A stretch of DNA of 64,000 nt from Octopus vulgaris (GCA_951406725.2 OX597814.1:36270001-36334000), one strand, 5' to 3'; positions 1 to 12,845 are shown, counted from the first letter of the stretch. Numbers and translations: made by a program. Notes: generated from the letters alone by a model not told the origin.

Positions 1-99
1 CTATTGGTAGCTGTGATACTTAGCAGCTTCTGGTCACTGAGATTTTACTCTGCCACCATAGAGCAGTCTGGTTGATTCCTGTGATGGTAACCAAACATT

Positions 100-417
100 T
101 TCTCCTGGCTTTTTTTGAGAAACGATTGTTTAGCACTTCTGATTCAAACAATTACCAACATAATTTTTGAAGCCTATTCTTTGCTTACAATGAGCCCTGT
201 ATCACCTGTTGCTCTCGCAGTCTGCTTTTCCCAGTCTCACAACACTTCCATCTGTCCATCTCACATTTATTTCCTTCCTTTGACTTGTTTCACTGAGCCC
301 TAGAGCATCTCATTTAATTTGCTTTTTCTCTTCCATTAAATGGGTCATTCTTGTTCTCCCTGCCAAAGACCTGCAGTTGTAGATACTTATGGTGAGGGTA
401 TTTATCTGATTCTTTGG
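100..417 (-). mobile_element. Decayed LINE APE-endonuclease N-terminus (RTE-like)
   Basis: Minus strand reads LTISIYNCRSLAGRTRMTHLMEEKKQIK*DALGLSETSQR, matching the APE motifs xTxNVRxL and DIxGLSET. Contains stops and frameshifts. Confidence 0.7.
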
Positions 418-438
418 TGGCCTATTGGTAGCTGTGAT

Positions 439-824
439 GTGGAGGCACAATGGCCCAGTGGTTAGGGCAGTGGACTCGCGGTCATACGATCGCAGTTTTG
501 ATTCCCAGACCGGGCGTTGTGAGTGTTTATTGAGCGAAAACACCTAAAAGCTCCACGAGGCTCCAGCAGGGGATGGTGGTGATCCCTGCTGTACTCTTTC
601 ACCACAACTTTCTCTCACTCTTACTTCCTGTTACTGTTGTACCTATATTTCAAAGGGCCGGTCTTGTTACTCTCTGTGTCACGCTGAATATCCCCGAGAG
701 CTACGTTAAGGGTGCACGTGTCTGTGGAGGGCTCAGCCACTTACACGTTAATTTCACAAGCAGGCTGTTCCGTTGATTCGGATCAACCGGAACCTTCATC
801 GTCGTAACCGATGGAGTGCTTCCA
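439..824 (+). mobile_element. tRNA-derived SINE, family C, long tail (probably octopus OR-type)
   Basis: A-box TGGCCCAGTGG and a B-box-like GTTTTGATTCC. 21-bp TSD tggcctattggtagct(g/a)tgat at 418-438 and 825-845. Second copy at 16115-16502. Confidence 0.9.
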
Positions 825-999
825 TGGCCTATTGGTAGCTATGATACTTAGCAGCTTCTGGTCACTGAGATTTTACTCTGCCACCATAGAGCAGTCTGGT
901 TGATCTGTAAGATACTGAGACCCATTTTCTTGCCTTGTTTTAGCTTTTAAGATGAAGCCACTTTGCTGGCTAGGTGGGCAGATCATTTATCATCTCTTC

Positions 1000-1906
1000 A
1001 GTTTATGTAGCTTCAAACTCTAGTGAAAGATTACATGCTAGCTTCTATAAGGTAGTCTTTCCCTAGGGTTAGTCATCCAGTATCTCTGTAGCTTGGTTGG
1101 ACCTGCCAGAGCATATGCCCTTCTACCACATCTACTGAACAACCATTGCTACAATTGCATAATATTAACACCAGATAATTCTATCTACAAGAAAAATCGT
1201 TTATCAAATACTTTTTTCAAAACTAGATACCAAAAACCGTACAAAGAAGACAGGAACATTAAATGCATGTTCCATATCTCCCAGGTAAAGTCATTTATTG
1301 CTTGATCAGAGTTTTTTTCCGTCATTTGATCTGTGTTTTACACACTAAAAGACAATAAATTCCAAAACCTCAAAATCACAAGTAGTTACCTAAGGTCTGA
1401 AAAAATTTCTGCTTTTCCTGACATTTTCAACTGTTCTGTTATTGTTGATAAAATACACATGGCTAATATTTTTAGGATACCTACAAGGAGAACACTCAGA
1501 AACTTTCTCACAATCAATAAATGCTGTGTCAACATTTTTCCCCTTTCTCCTTCAGTTTTCAGTTATAGACTCGTTGATCAATAACTATTTTATGGATTCA
1601 TATAATGAACCCTTGCAAAACAGAAGGTTTTTCTTCATCAGAGGATATTTTGTTGATAGGGTTTTGTACATTGTTAAAACTGAGGTGCTGGGGGTTAGTA
1701 TTTCTTCACTATTGAGTATTAAGATAATTTTATTTTGTTCCCTGAAGAGCCATTTGGATATTGTGTCGAATGATAGTGAATACTGTTTGGTACCACCTGA
1801 AGTTTGTGACTTTGCAGTTTTGAAATACTTTGTATTTAGTAGTATTTACATCAGTTCTTTTATTTATAATTGCCAAAATTGTTTCAATATGATTTTCATT
1901 GATTAG
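1000..1906 (-). mobile_element. Decayed non-LTR retrotransposon RT, R4/Dong-like
   Basis: Minus-strand remnants TMYKTLS and LLINESITEN*RRKGKNVDTAFIDCEKVSEC resemble the R4/Dong motifs TMYKxLT and QLLIDKxILxNxRRxKNLxxAWIDYxKAFDSV. Heavily mutated. Confidence 0.55.
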
Positions 1907-2024
1907 TCAGAAGAGGAAGGGCAATGTTCATGGTGTTATTGCCAGACCTATATTGGAGGTAGAATATGAGGAAGAAACCTGATGTCATGACTTTCTGCAA
2001 TGACAAGCATCATATCAAGATCAT

Positions 2025-2335
2025 GTGGAGGCACAACGGCCCAGTAGTTAGAGCAGCGGACTCGTGGTTGTAGGATCACGGTTTCAATTCCCAGACCGGG
2101 CGTTGTGAGTGTTTATTGAGCAAAAACACCTCAAGCTCCATGAGGCTCTGGCAAGGTGTGGTGGCGATCCCTGTTGTACTCTTTCGCCACAACTTTCTCT
2201 CACTCTTTCTTCTGTTGGCCTGCTCGATTAGCCAGTGGGGTGGCATCATTTGAAGGCTAAAACAATGCGAAGTGCATTGTGACCAGCGATGTGTAACAAC
2301 ATCTGATAGCCTGGTCGGTCACGGTGATCACGGTG
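2025..2335 (+). mobile_element. tRNA-derived SINE, family C, alternative short tail
   Basis: Shares the 5' ~185 bp with 439-824 but has a different 3' tail ending cacggtgatcacggtg. 13-bp TSD atatcaagatcat at 2012-2024 and 2336-2348. Confidence 0.9.
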
Positions 2336-3696
2336 ATATCAAGATCATAAGAGACCTGATCTGAATGCTTCTAAGTTAGTGGATTTCATTTTAGGTAACT
2401 AAGCACCATATTGTGTCAATTAACCAGATAACAAATTAAGTCAACCACCTACCCTCAATAACCAAAGATATTCATATATCAATGTGTTTTATAGCTTTTT
2501 CTCTTGTTGATGTATTTATGTAATAAATATATCCAATATCTATTTCACTTGATGATATATTGTCTCAACATTTCTTGAATTACTCCACTGAGACAAAATT
2601 AATTCTAAATATGAGATATCATAAATTTATATTATATTATATTATATTATATTTGTACTTCTATTTTGGTAGAAAACCATTATAAAACATGTGTTCGTCT
2701 CAAGACTGTTTAAAACTTTTCTTCTTTTTACTTTGCAAGTAACCTGGCTCTTTATTTAAATCGTCAGTATTTCTTTCAGATATAGGTTCACTTTTTCCGA
2801 GAAACTAAATTTTTGCATACTTCATATGCATGAAATTTAAAGCACTCATTTCCTTTTTAACTATAAGCTGAATGCTACAAAGGCTAAATTTTGTTTTCTA
2901 TGTTATGTTTTATTTCTGCATTGAATTTGTCTGAGGTTGATTAAATTTGTGCACTGTCAGTTTCCTTACATTTAGTTCTTAGTTGAGTAACTTGTATCAA
3001 TGCTAGAAATATATAACTTATATTAGACAATGTAAAATTAAATTATTTCATTACTTACATTTATGTCTATAAAACATTTCATCAAATGATTTTGGTTTCC
3101 TTTGTTAATATTTTAATGGATATTAATGGATATTTTTCAGAGCTGTGAAGAAGCAGTGTCAGTTGTTATTCTTTTATCCCAGTGTGGAAATATTATTTCA
3201 TTATTGTGATTGTATAATCTACTACCTTTAATGCCTTTGTGATAAATAAGAAAAAAGCATTGACATTATAATTATTATCAATATTATTGTTGCTGTTATT
3301 GTTATATTCTTACTTATGAAATTAGTATAAGATATGAAGTGAAGTCAATTAAATTAACTTCACCATCTACAAATTTTTGAGCATGCAGTGAAGTTAAAAA
3401 TCTTCACTGTTAGTATCTTATAAATGTCATTAGTGTTAGGTTGTGGATTGGTGGGACCCCTAGAACATCATAACAAAATATTCTTCAAGTTCTGAGTTCA
3501 AATCATGTTGAGATCAACTTTGCATTTCATCCTTCCAGAAACAATAAAATAAGGTTCCAATAAGCATCAAGGTTGATATAACTGACTAACTATTGACTAA
3601 CATAAATGCTTCTAACATAGGCAGAAGGACAGAAATTTGTTTTTTTTTTTTTACCTATTTTAGAAACAATAGCAACAACAAATTAATATTACTATT

Positions 3697-3917
3697 GCAG
3701 AATCGTTAGCATGTGGGTGAAATACTTAGCAGTATTTCGTCTGCCACTACGTTCTGAGTTCAAATTCCACCAAGGTCGACTTTGCCTTTCATCCTTTCGG
3801 GGTCGATTAAATAAATACCAGTTACACACTGGGATCGATGTAATCGACTTAATCCCTTTGTCTGTCCTTGTTTGTCTCCTCTATGTTTAGCCCCTTGTGA
3901 GCAATAAAGAAATAAAT
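3697..3917 (+). mobile_element. SINE family B (tRNA head plus MetaSINE-like central domain)
   Basis: Core gttctgagttcaaattcc..ggtcgactttgcctttcatcctttcggggtcgat recurs more than 10 times in the window. Tail gcaataaagaaata. Confidence 0.85.
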
Positions 3918-4031
3918 TATTACTGAGTGAGAGAGGAGTGCATGCCATCAAAGTGACACTGGGGTACAATTATACAAAACCCAAAGGGGCATCATGACTA
4001 CATCTTTCTATTTTCTTGTTTTTTTTTACAG

Positions 4032-4153
4032 TAAGAAATGTGAGTGATACAAGCATGATGAGAGGGGTGTGTAACAAGATGAGCGACATGAAAACACAGT
4101 ATTCTGAAATTGGAAAACTCCAGAACGGTGTTCACAGAATAATTTGGTGTTAA
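4032..4153 (+). CDS. Candidate terminal coding exon, unidentified protein
   Basis: Strong acceptor ttttcttgtttttttttacag. Phase-1 frame xRNVSDTSMMRGVCNKMSDMKTQYSEIGKLQNGVHRIIWC*, followed by repeat-poor AT-rich sequence with AATAAA near 4483. No homology recognised. Confidence 0.3.
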
Positions 4154-4375
4154 GAAGAGTCAAATTCATTGCAAAGTTCAAGTTGAATGGAATTTTAGAA
4201 CACTGTTATTAATCCATTAAAACTTCAAATGAAAGTTATGTATCTCTGAAAATTTGGAAATGTAATTTGATTATATAATTTGTTTTATATAACTAATAAT
4301 CAGTCTTTGTTAATGAAATGCTTGGAAGATGGTGAAACTAAATATTTTATAATCAAACTCTCATGTTTTGTTTTG

Positions 4376-4429
<54 letters not shown>

Positions 4430-5976
4430 TATGTGTACTTATAAATATATCCACATTTTGTATTGTATGTATAAACCTTGTTAATAAAGAAAGGATTATT
4501 CTTATCATTAAATATTCTCAACATGCCACAGTAAAATTTCTTTGTTTCTTTTCCTTTTCCACAATCAGATACACACACATGCACACAGATATATGAAGAC
4601 ATTTCTTTTTTTTTTTTTTTTGGCTTGAGTTAGAGATAAAATTATAGTTAAATTTAAAGTTTGAAGATTCTGAAGTATATTTAGAAATGAGGACATAACA
4701 TTTTAATCTTGGCCTATGAAGACGCCTAACAGTGGCTAGCTGCAAGTTCATTTCGTAGTAAAGTAATTAATACTAATATCAATGTGGTAGGGTTGTTTGA
4801 AACTCTCTCATTGAAGAAAACGTTTGTTTATGTTGTTAATGTAGTTTCCTTTGAAGAGAGAGATATCTAAAGTCTGTTTAGATCTGATAGCTGAACTTAA
4901 ATTAGTTTATCCATTGAATCTACACTATAAAATTAAGAAACTAATAATAATTCTTCTTCTGAAGTGAATTGTTTTTCTATACGTATGATCTAACTATATA
5001 AAACAAGACATTGACATAAAGAAGATTATACTGTAGTGCCTACAGAAGCAAAAGTAGCTTTGAGGTTAAGATGCTAGAATACTAAATTCAATGGCAGTTA
5101 TAACCATCATATTGTGGCTGTATGGAAAGTACATTATTGCATTTGTCTGAACAATAAGTGCTGCTCTTACTTCTCGGATGACTGGTTAGTTTCTTCTAAA
5201 CAAGATATCAAGCAGAACCATTATTATGTGCTCCATGAATTCTTATAAAAATATCCAAACTTTCCATTAGTCTATATTAGAGAAAAGTACGCCAAACTTT
5301 TAGAATCATAGCACAAAGGATTCTTGAGGATGAGTCTTTTGAATTTAAATATAGAATAGTAGAGATAGGATTTGAGACATTTTCTGCCAAAATACAAATA
5401 TTAATTTCGTTTGACATAGGCACAAGGTCAGGGTTGATCTTAAGGTAACAGTATACTAACATTGATTCTAATAGCATCTCCAGCTTACAGCCTTCTGAGC
5501 TATGGCTGATAGTCGTTTTCAATTAAGTTGACTTGAACAATGTGAAGTGAAGTATCTTACTCAAGGATATAATGTGCCACATAGTCTAAGAATTGAGCAC
5601 AAATTGACTCCACTCAGATTTGAACAATAAGTTTCAAACTAAATTCTTTACAGCATTTAGACTGCTGCTGTAATATTTCTGCTAATAACCTTTGCTAGAA
5701 AACTTTCAGAGTAGAATAACATGTAGAAAAAGCTGTTGTAAAAGCTTTTGTTTGAGATTTAAAATCTTAAAACATTCCAATTTGAAGAATGGCAACGTTT
5801 TTGAAATAGCTTTAACTGCTGTATTCAATCAATCATACAACTACATCTGAGTTCTCTTTTCAATCTAAAGTTTTATACTGATAAGTAAACTATTTTTGTC
5901 GATTTATACTTTTCTGGTTTTATGATTAATTATAGTAAAATATTTAAATAGATAGTAAGATATCTACATAGATTAC

Positions 5977-6322
5977 GATTGGGAGAATGGGAGAAGACCC
6001 CCTTCAGTCATGAATGACCATAGGATTGCACCTAAAAAGTTACCCTCCGAGGTACAAGTCCAGGCAAGGTTGTTTATGGAAGGCCAACAGTCGCCCATGC
6101 ATACCAGCCTCCCTTCTCCACACCACTGATGTTATCCAAGGGAAAGGCAATGGCCGATACAGCTTGGCACCAGTGATGTTGCAACTCATTTCTACAGCTG
6201 AGTTAACAGGAGCAATGTGAAATAAAGTGTCTTGGTCATGAACACAACATGCAGCCTGGTCTGGGAATCAAACTCACGATCGTAATCTCGATGCTCAAAC
6301 TTCTGAGCCATGCACCTTCACT
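5977..6322 (-). mobile_element. tRNA-derived SINE, family D (CORE-like domain)
   Basis: TSD tagattac at 5969-5976 and 6323-6330. Homologous opposite-strand copy at 31445-31712. Confidence 0.8.
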
Positions 6323-6409
6323 TAGATTACAGTTAATATAAAGTATACATAATGTGGTCATTATCCTAACAATATATGAACTTTATATTTTTATCAAATA
6401 TTTCTTGCT

Positions 6410-6860
6410 TAGATCTTTAGGATCATTAATGAAGGAAAAAATTGCATGCAAAAGAAATAATTTTTGTATGGTATTATCATAGAAAGAAAGAGTTTATATA
6501 ATTTTAAATAAGGGAAATTCACTAAGCTACTGTGGAAATATGTGAGGCTTAATTGAACAAGTTTTAATTTTATGCAGATCAGATGATTGGAAATTGTTTA
6601 TTGATTCTACAAAGAGAAACATGAATGCATTGCTACTGGAAATTAGACAATATATACCTTCTAAGCTTTTAAGACTTTCTGTACAACTGTCTGAAGTAAA
6701 TGAGAGCAGGGACCTTCTATCAGAAAGAGTAAAGTGTTTTGAACACAATTGGTTGGGTCATACTTTATATTAAATGTATTGCTTTTATCTTCTTTTGGCC
6801 TCAATTTTGCCTCTTCACACCACCCTTAAGTATTCTGCTCTTTTTGTTGTATATCAAAGA
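6410..6860 (+). mobile_element. DNA transposase relic, Chapaev3-like
   Basis: LGSLMKEK..WYYHRKKEF..YCGNM*GLIEQ..SDDWKLFIDSTKRNMNALLL..SVQLSE..LLSERVKCFEHNW follows the order LGSRLKEK / YRxREKEF / EWRLFIDSSKxSLKAVLL / SVHLKE / KIKYxEHNW. The family name is from recall. Confidence 0.65.
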
Positions 6861-8627
6861 TATGAAATTCCATGCTTTGAAATCCTGTCCAGTAAAATTT
6901 ACTCTCCTTTAACTTTTTAAGCCCATATTTAAATTGGCCATATTTAAGCCCATATTTAAACTAAAGCATCTTAAAAAATTAATGCTGATTTGTCAATTGT
7001 CTTATTTGATACTTTTAATTGTCCAATTGAAGCACTGTGCACCAAAATACTGAAGTACTGTGGTTTTTACCACTCTTATTTTGCTTGATATTTTAGGTTG
7101 TCAAATAAATTCTTTTGTTTTTCCTAATTCTTTGTCTACTTGCCACTCCATCATCATATCTCTGAAAAGATGTAAAATTTATTCAAATTTCAAAAATCAT
7201 AAACAAAATCTGTAAAGGAAGAATACAGCTACAAAACTCCATAAAACTCTACCATAAAACATTTTCCTAGTTAATTCAAACAACACTGGAAAGGATTAAT
7301 ATTAACTGAAAAAACCCAAAAACCAAATGAATATATGTGACAACCCAATAGAATCATTGTTATAATTGATATCTCTTCCACGTTTCAACCTTGCTTCCTT
7401 TCTAAAGTTGTATATTAGACTGAACAAAGTTTCTACTAAAATTTCTTATTTTTCTTTCAAGGAATATAAAGTTGTTTAGTAATTCAGTTGTTTTTCCCAA
7501 TCTAGCCACAAATGTTCTAAATATCTATCAGTTTTCACAGAAGAAATGAAAGTTAAAAAGAAAATTGAAGGTGCTGATAATACAAAGAGAAACTACTCAA
7601 TCATAAACGAAACTGTCATAGTAAATTAATTTGTTGCAGAGCTGATGAAACTCAAAAGTAACGAAGACAAATATTCTTAATGCTCTTGAGATAGGCATGA
7701 ATGTAGCATAATCTCAATTTCTTCCTTTTATAATGCTATAATTCTGTGTAGATGTAAAACAATCAATATTACATTCTTATTATCTTCAAAGACTTCTATC
7801 AACAACTTGGCTTTCCATCAACTTTGTGTCCAGTTTTATTTCCATTCTGTGTAGTGTGGTTTGAGATAATGGACTCCCTTCGTGCCTCTTGCTGTTTTAT
7901 GAAAATTAACCCAATATGAGGTTTAAAGTATTTGCATAATGATTTGGCTGGTTGTATTTAGGATTTTATACATAAACTATATGGTTTTCACTTTATCTGA
8001 CCTCATATCTAAATATCAATTCAGAAATAAATTTGAATAAAACATTAAATGGAAATATATTGTCAAGTATCTAAATATCTATTTTTACATAGATAGTAAT
8101 ATTATGACAGCATGCGTAATACTTGTCATATTATTTGTAATACATTCTGAGGTCAAGTGAGACTGCAAACTGTATTGATTGGTATGCGATAGTTGTTGAT
8201 CACTGGATGAAAGTATCAACCATTATTATGCTTGTTTAAGAAATTACTTTTAATGATTCAGTTCTAATGATTTGTTTTAATGTTTCTTCAGAGCTAATGA
8301 GTTGTAGAAGACAGATAAAATTCATCTAAAATTAACAAAAATGTAATAAAATTGTATATAATGATGAGCCGCATTGAAAATGATGAGAAAAAAGAAAACT
8401 AAAACAAAAACAAAAGAAAAGTCTGTTTTAAACTTCTCGCTCTTTGACATGCTAATTTAACAATAATATTAATTATTAGATTGTCTGCCAAATATATACA
8501 TAAGTATGCATATATATATGTATATATATATATATGTTTATAAATACATACATATATATATATGTGTATGTGTATATATGTATATATACGTATGCATATA
8601 TATATGTGTGAGTATATATATGTTTAT

Positions 8628-8665
<38 letters not shown>

Positions 8666-8667
<2 letters not shown>

Positions 8668-8870
8668 TCTTTTACATGTTTCAGTCATTTGACTGTGGCC
8701 ATAATGGAGCACCACCTTTAGTTGAACAAATCAACCCAGAACTTATTCTTTGTAAGCCTAGTAGTTATTCTGTTGGTCTCTTTTGCCGAACTGCTAGGTT
8801 ATGGGGATGCAAACACACCAAACACACCAGTTGTCAAATGATAGTGGGAGAACAAACACAGACACAAAAA
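8666..8870 (-). mobile_element. SINE family A, 3' half
   Basis: gtttcagtcatttgactgtggcc..ggagcaccacctttag matches the family A tail. Flanked by compound (TA/CA)n arrays. Confidence 0.8.
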
Positions 8871-9027
8871 TACATACATACATACGTACACATGTACACA
8901 TACAAACACACATACATACATGCATGCATATAAATATATATATATATAGACATATATACACATACACATGCACACATATACGTGTGTGTGTATGTGTGTG
9001 TGTACATATGTGTGTATATATATAGAC

Positions 9028-9059
<32 letters not shown>

Positions 9060-9258
9060 AAATGGTAAGGGTGGCTTATTCACAATTTACAACCAAAAGA
9101 CACAAATACAGACGTCACTAAAGTGACTAAGGGCATTAGTCAGCACCAGCATTGCTAGAAATAAGAGTCAAAAGAACTCATAGCCACAGAAAGTACTTAT
9201 CTTATGACTGACAAGGGAGGTAAGTTTACTACAGCTGGGGTATAGTGAGATCACTAGT

Positions 9259-9950
9259 CATCATCATCATCATCATCGTTTAACGTCTGCTTTCCATGCT
9301 AGCATGGGTTGGACGATTTGACTGATGTTTGGTGAATCAGATGGCTGCACCAGACTCCAATCTGATCTGACAGAGTTTTTACAGCTGGGTGCCCTTCCTC
9401 ATGCCAACCATTTCGAGAGTGTAGCGGACACTTTTACGTGCCACTGGCACATTGGCCAGTCAGGCGGTACTGGCGACTGCCAAGCTCAAATGGTGATTTT
9501 TATATACCTATTTCTTTACTACCCACAAGGGGCTAAACACAGAGAGGACAAACATTAACAGACAAACGGATTAAGTCGATTATATCGACCCCAGTGCGTA
9601 ACTGGTACTTATTTAATCGACCCCGAAAGGATGAAAGGCAAAGTCGACCTCAGCGGAATTTGAACTCAGAATGTAGTGGCAAACGAAATACCACTAAGCA
9701 TTTCGCCCGGTGTGCTAACATTCCTGCCTGCACAGGAGCCAGTCCAGCAGCACTGGCAACGACCTTGCTTGAATGTTTTTTCACGTGCCACCAGCTAAAG
9801 TCCCAATAAGGCGACACAGGTAACGATAACACTTGAATAGTGCTTTTTACGTGCCACCAGCACAGAGGCCAGTTTGTTGTTCTGGCAACAATCACACTCG
9901 TATGGTACTCTTAGCACTCCACTAGCAGTTATCGAATTCGAAGTTGTATT
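9259..9950 (-). mobile_element. RTE LINE 3' UTR fragment with (GAT)n tail
   Basis: catcatcatcgtttaacgtc..ccatgctagcatggg is the same terminus that is contiguous with RT coding sequence at 50707-52040. Confidence 0.85.
9508..9728 (-). mobile_element. SINE family B nested in the LINE fragment
   Basis: Reverse family B core atcgaccccgaaaggatgaaaggcaaagtcgacc interrupts the LINE UTR. Confidence 0.85.
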
Positions 9951-10279
9951 TGATTAATGCTTGTCACTGCCTCTTACCTGGCCTAAGGTTAAGCTGGCTT
10001 ACCTTGTCAGTCCCAGATGTAGGGAGCTTACCTCCCTTGGCAGTCATAAGATAAGTTCTTTCTGTGGCTATCAGTTCTTTGACTCTTATTTCTAGCAATA
10101 CTGTGCTGACTAGTGCCCTTGGTCACTTTGGTGACATCTATATTTCTGCTTTTCAGTTGTAAATTTGTGAATAAGCCACCTTTATTTGTAATTTTACTTT
10201 TACCATTTATGGAATTAGCATGCAATTTCTATGGTAGTCTTATAAACTGATCCTTATTTCTAGCAATACAGGCGTTGAT

Positions 10280-10515
10280 TAAGGGTGGTGAGCTGGCAGA
10301 ATCATTAGCATGCCGGATGAAATGCTTAGCAGTATTTTGTCTGCTGTTACTTTCTGAGTTCAAATTCTGCCAAGGTTGACTTTGCCTTTCATCATTTTGA
10401 GGTCGATTAAATAAGTACCAATTACACACTGGGGTCGATGTAATCGACTTAATCACTTTGTCTGTCCTTGTTTGTCTCCTCTATGTTTAGCCCCCCTGTG
10501 AGCAATAAAGAAATA
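10280..10515 (+). mobile_element. SINE family B, full length
   Basis: TSD aatacagg(c/t)gttga at 10266-10279 and 10516-10529. Confidence 0.9.
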
Positions 10516-11326
10516 AATACAGGTGTTGACTAGCACCCTTAGCCACTTTATTGATATGTATAAATTTATATATCTATATATCTACACTCACCCCCCCACA
10601 CACATATATATACACACACATACATATGCCCTCCCCCCCCAACCACACATATATATATTTTTACATACAGTATATAGTGTGAATTTGTGAATATGTATAT
10701 AAAACATCTTTGTATTTTCTATTATCATTACTGTTATAGTGAAATGAATGTGCTGAACTTTGTATAATGCAGTACTAAGTTGAACATTTGTTAACAACAT
10801 TGCACTCTCCTCCTTGTGTCAACCAACTAAGCAGAAATTAAATGTTACTTCCATTTAATTTCAAAAATGAGATATCTAGCTGAAAGCGTGAACACTGTAG
10901 TGTGATGTCAAGTCTATGACAAAATGAGAAGACCAAATGTCTGAAATAGTTCATTTTGCTTGTGTCTGTGATTTTAAATGACAAGTAATACCTGGGAGGT
11001 ATGGGTTAACAAACTACTAAAGCATGATGTAAAAATTAAAACAAAATCTTTGGTAATGACCCAGTCATCACATTTAAGGTTCACATGAGGATTTACATCA
11101 GATTCTAAAATAAAATTGGAAATCAGAATGGAAAAAAATTTTTAATCTTTGAAAATCAATTGCTATGCAAATAACCAAATTCTAAATACATCATTTCAAT
11201 GTGAACATAAAAAAAGAATTATTGTAAAATGAATAAAATAAGTTTAGAAAACTTTTACAGTGAAATGCATTTATAATTTTGAGGTATTTTATTTATCATT
11301 AGATAATCATAGAAAATGCTTTATAT

Positions 11327-11722
11327 AGGCAGGCACAAAAGTGATTGGTAAGAAGCTTGCTACACAACCAAATTTTTCAGGTTCAGTCTCACTGTGTGAC
11401 ACGTTGGGTAAGTGTTTTCTACTATAGCCTTGGATGAGCCAAAGCCTTGTGAGTGGATTTAGTAGGCAGAAACTGAAAGAAGCACGTTGCATATATGTGT
11501 GTGTGTTTGTCTGTCTGTGTTTGTTCTGCCACTTGACAACCACTGCTGGTGTGTTTATGTCTGTGTAACTTGGCAGTTCAGCAGAAAAGGACTGATAGCA
11601 TAAGTACCAGGCTTAAGAATATAAAGAGTATTGGGGTCATTTCATTCGACTAAAAAATTCTTCAAAGCAGTGCCCCAGCATGGCCGCAGTGTAATGACTG
11701 AAACAACTTTAAAAAATTAAAG
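11327..11722 (+). mobile_element. SINE family A (~400 bp, tRNA head, internal microsatellite; probably octopus OK-type)
   Basis: Diverged copy of the 13426-13833 element. Confidence 0.8.
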
Positions 11723-11723
11723 A

Positions 11724-11861
11724 GTTTTTTCTCTACTCTAGGCACAAGGCCCGAAATTTTTGGGGAGGGGACCAATCGAATTTGAACACAGAATGTAAAG
11801 ACAGACGAAGTACTGCTAAGCATTTTGCTCAGCATGCTAACGTTTCTGCCAGCTTACTCCC
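11724..11861 (-). mobile_element. Internally deleted SINE family B inserted in the family A tail
   Basis: Flanked by the near-duplicates tttaaaaaattaaaga and tttaaaagaattaaaga. Confidence 0.7.
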
Positions 11862-12653
11862 TTTAAAAGAATTAAAGAATAAAAGAATAGCTGAGTTTGT
11901 AGCAGTTTGTATTTTTGTCACTGGTATTGAATTGTATCTCATGGTGTAGCAGTTAGCTCTCAACAGCCCAGCTGATCTAAATATTAAGAAGTATCACAGG
12001 GGAGCATGGTGCTTGCTACTCTAAGTGGTTATATTATTGAAAACTTGATGAGTGCATCTTTTAATTCAATATCTTGTGTTTGATTACTGTGCTGTGTTGG
12101 TTTATGATAAAAGCACATTAACAATGGGATTCTAGGGTCCTATTATTAATTCAGGTCCTATTATTCATTCTTTTACTCAGTGGGGGTTATGCATTTAAAT
12201 GTGACACCATAACTTGCAGAATGCCCATTTAATTAATCAGAGGTAAAGGACATGTACAATAACGGTGCATGCATGTGTGAGTGTGTGTGTGAGTGCGTGT
12301 GTGTGTGTGTGAGTGTGTGTGTGTGAGTGTGTGTGTGTGTGTTTGTGTGTGTGTATGCCAGTTGCTTTGGTTGATGCAGTGCTTTGAATGTTGAGATCTT
12401 GGTGTTTGCTTTTGGTAAGAATAGAAATAGTTGAAAACGAAAGGAGTTCAATAGGGTAACAAGTCGCAGATGGAAATAAACATAGTATGAAAGGATGGCT
12501 GGATGGATGGGTGGATGGATGAATGGTTTGATGGTTTGATGGCAGAAATCTTTACCAAGCCTGATGCAATGAATACATCAAACTGATGTCAGGTGTAATG
12601 AGCAAGTTTGTAAAACTAGAACCAAACATAATATCAGAAAATCGGAAGGATGG

Positions 12654-12845
<192 letters not shown>

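Larger units (their letters stand above)
9059..10209. mobile_element. Fold-back/MITE with ~190-bp terminal inverted repeats and nested insertions
   Basis: 9059-9250 is the imperfect reverse complement of 10002-10209, e.g. ttatcttatgactgacaagggaggtaag versus cttacctcccttggcagtcataagataa. Confidence 0.75.

Noticed and set aside
439-515. tRNA-like heads (also at 2025, 16430 and 40919)
   Set aside because: Each continues into a SINE body, with TSDs where identifiable. They are not free tRNA genes.
573-776. Near-identical 67-aa ORFs at 573 and 16165, and recurring ORFs ending in PCGW or DPERMKGKVDLGGI
   Set aside because: They are translations of SINE families C, A and B. The repetition reflects SINE copy number.
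1442-1906. 154-aa + strand ORF
   Set aside because: It is antisense to the decayed R4/Dong-like RT, has a non-ATG start and no recognisable domain.
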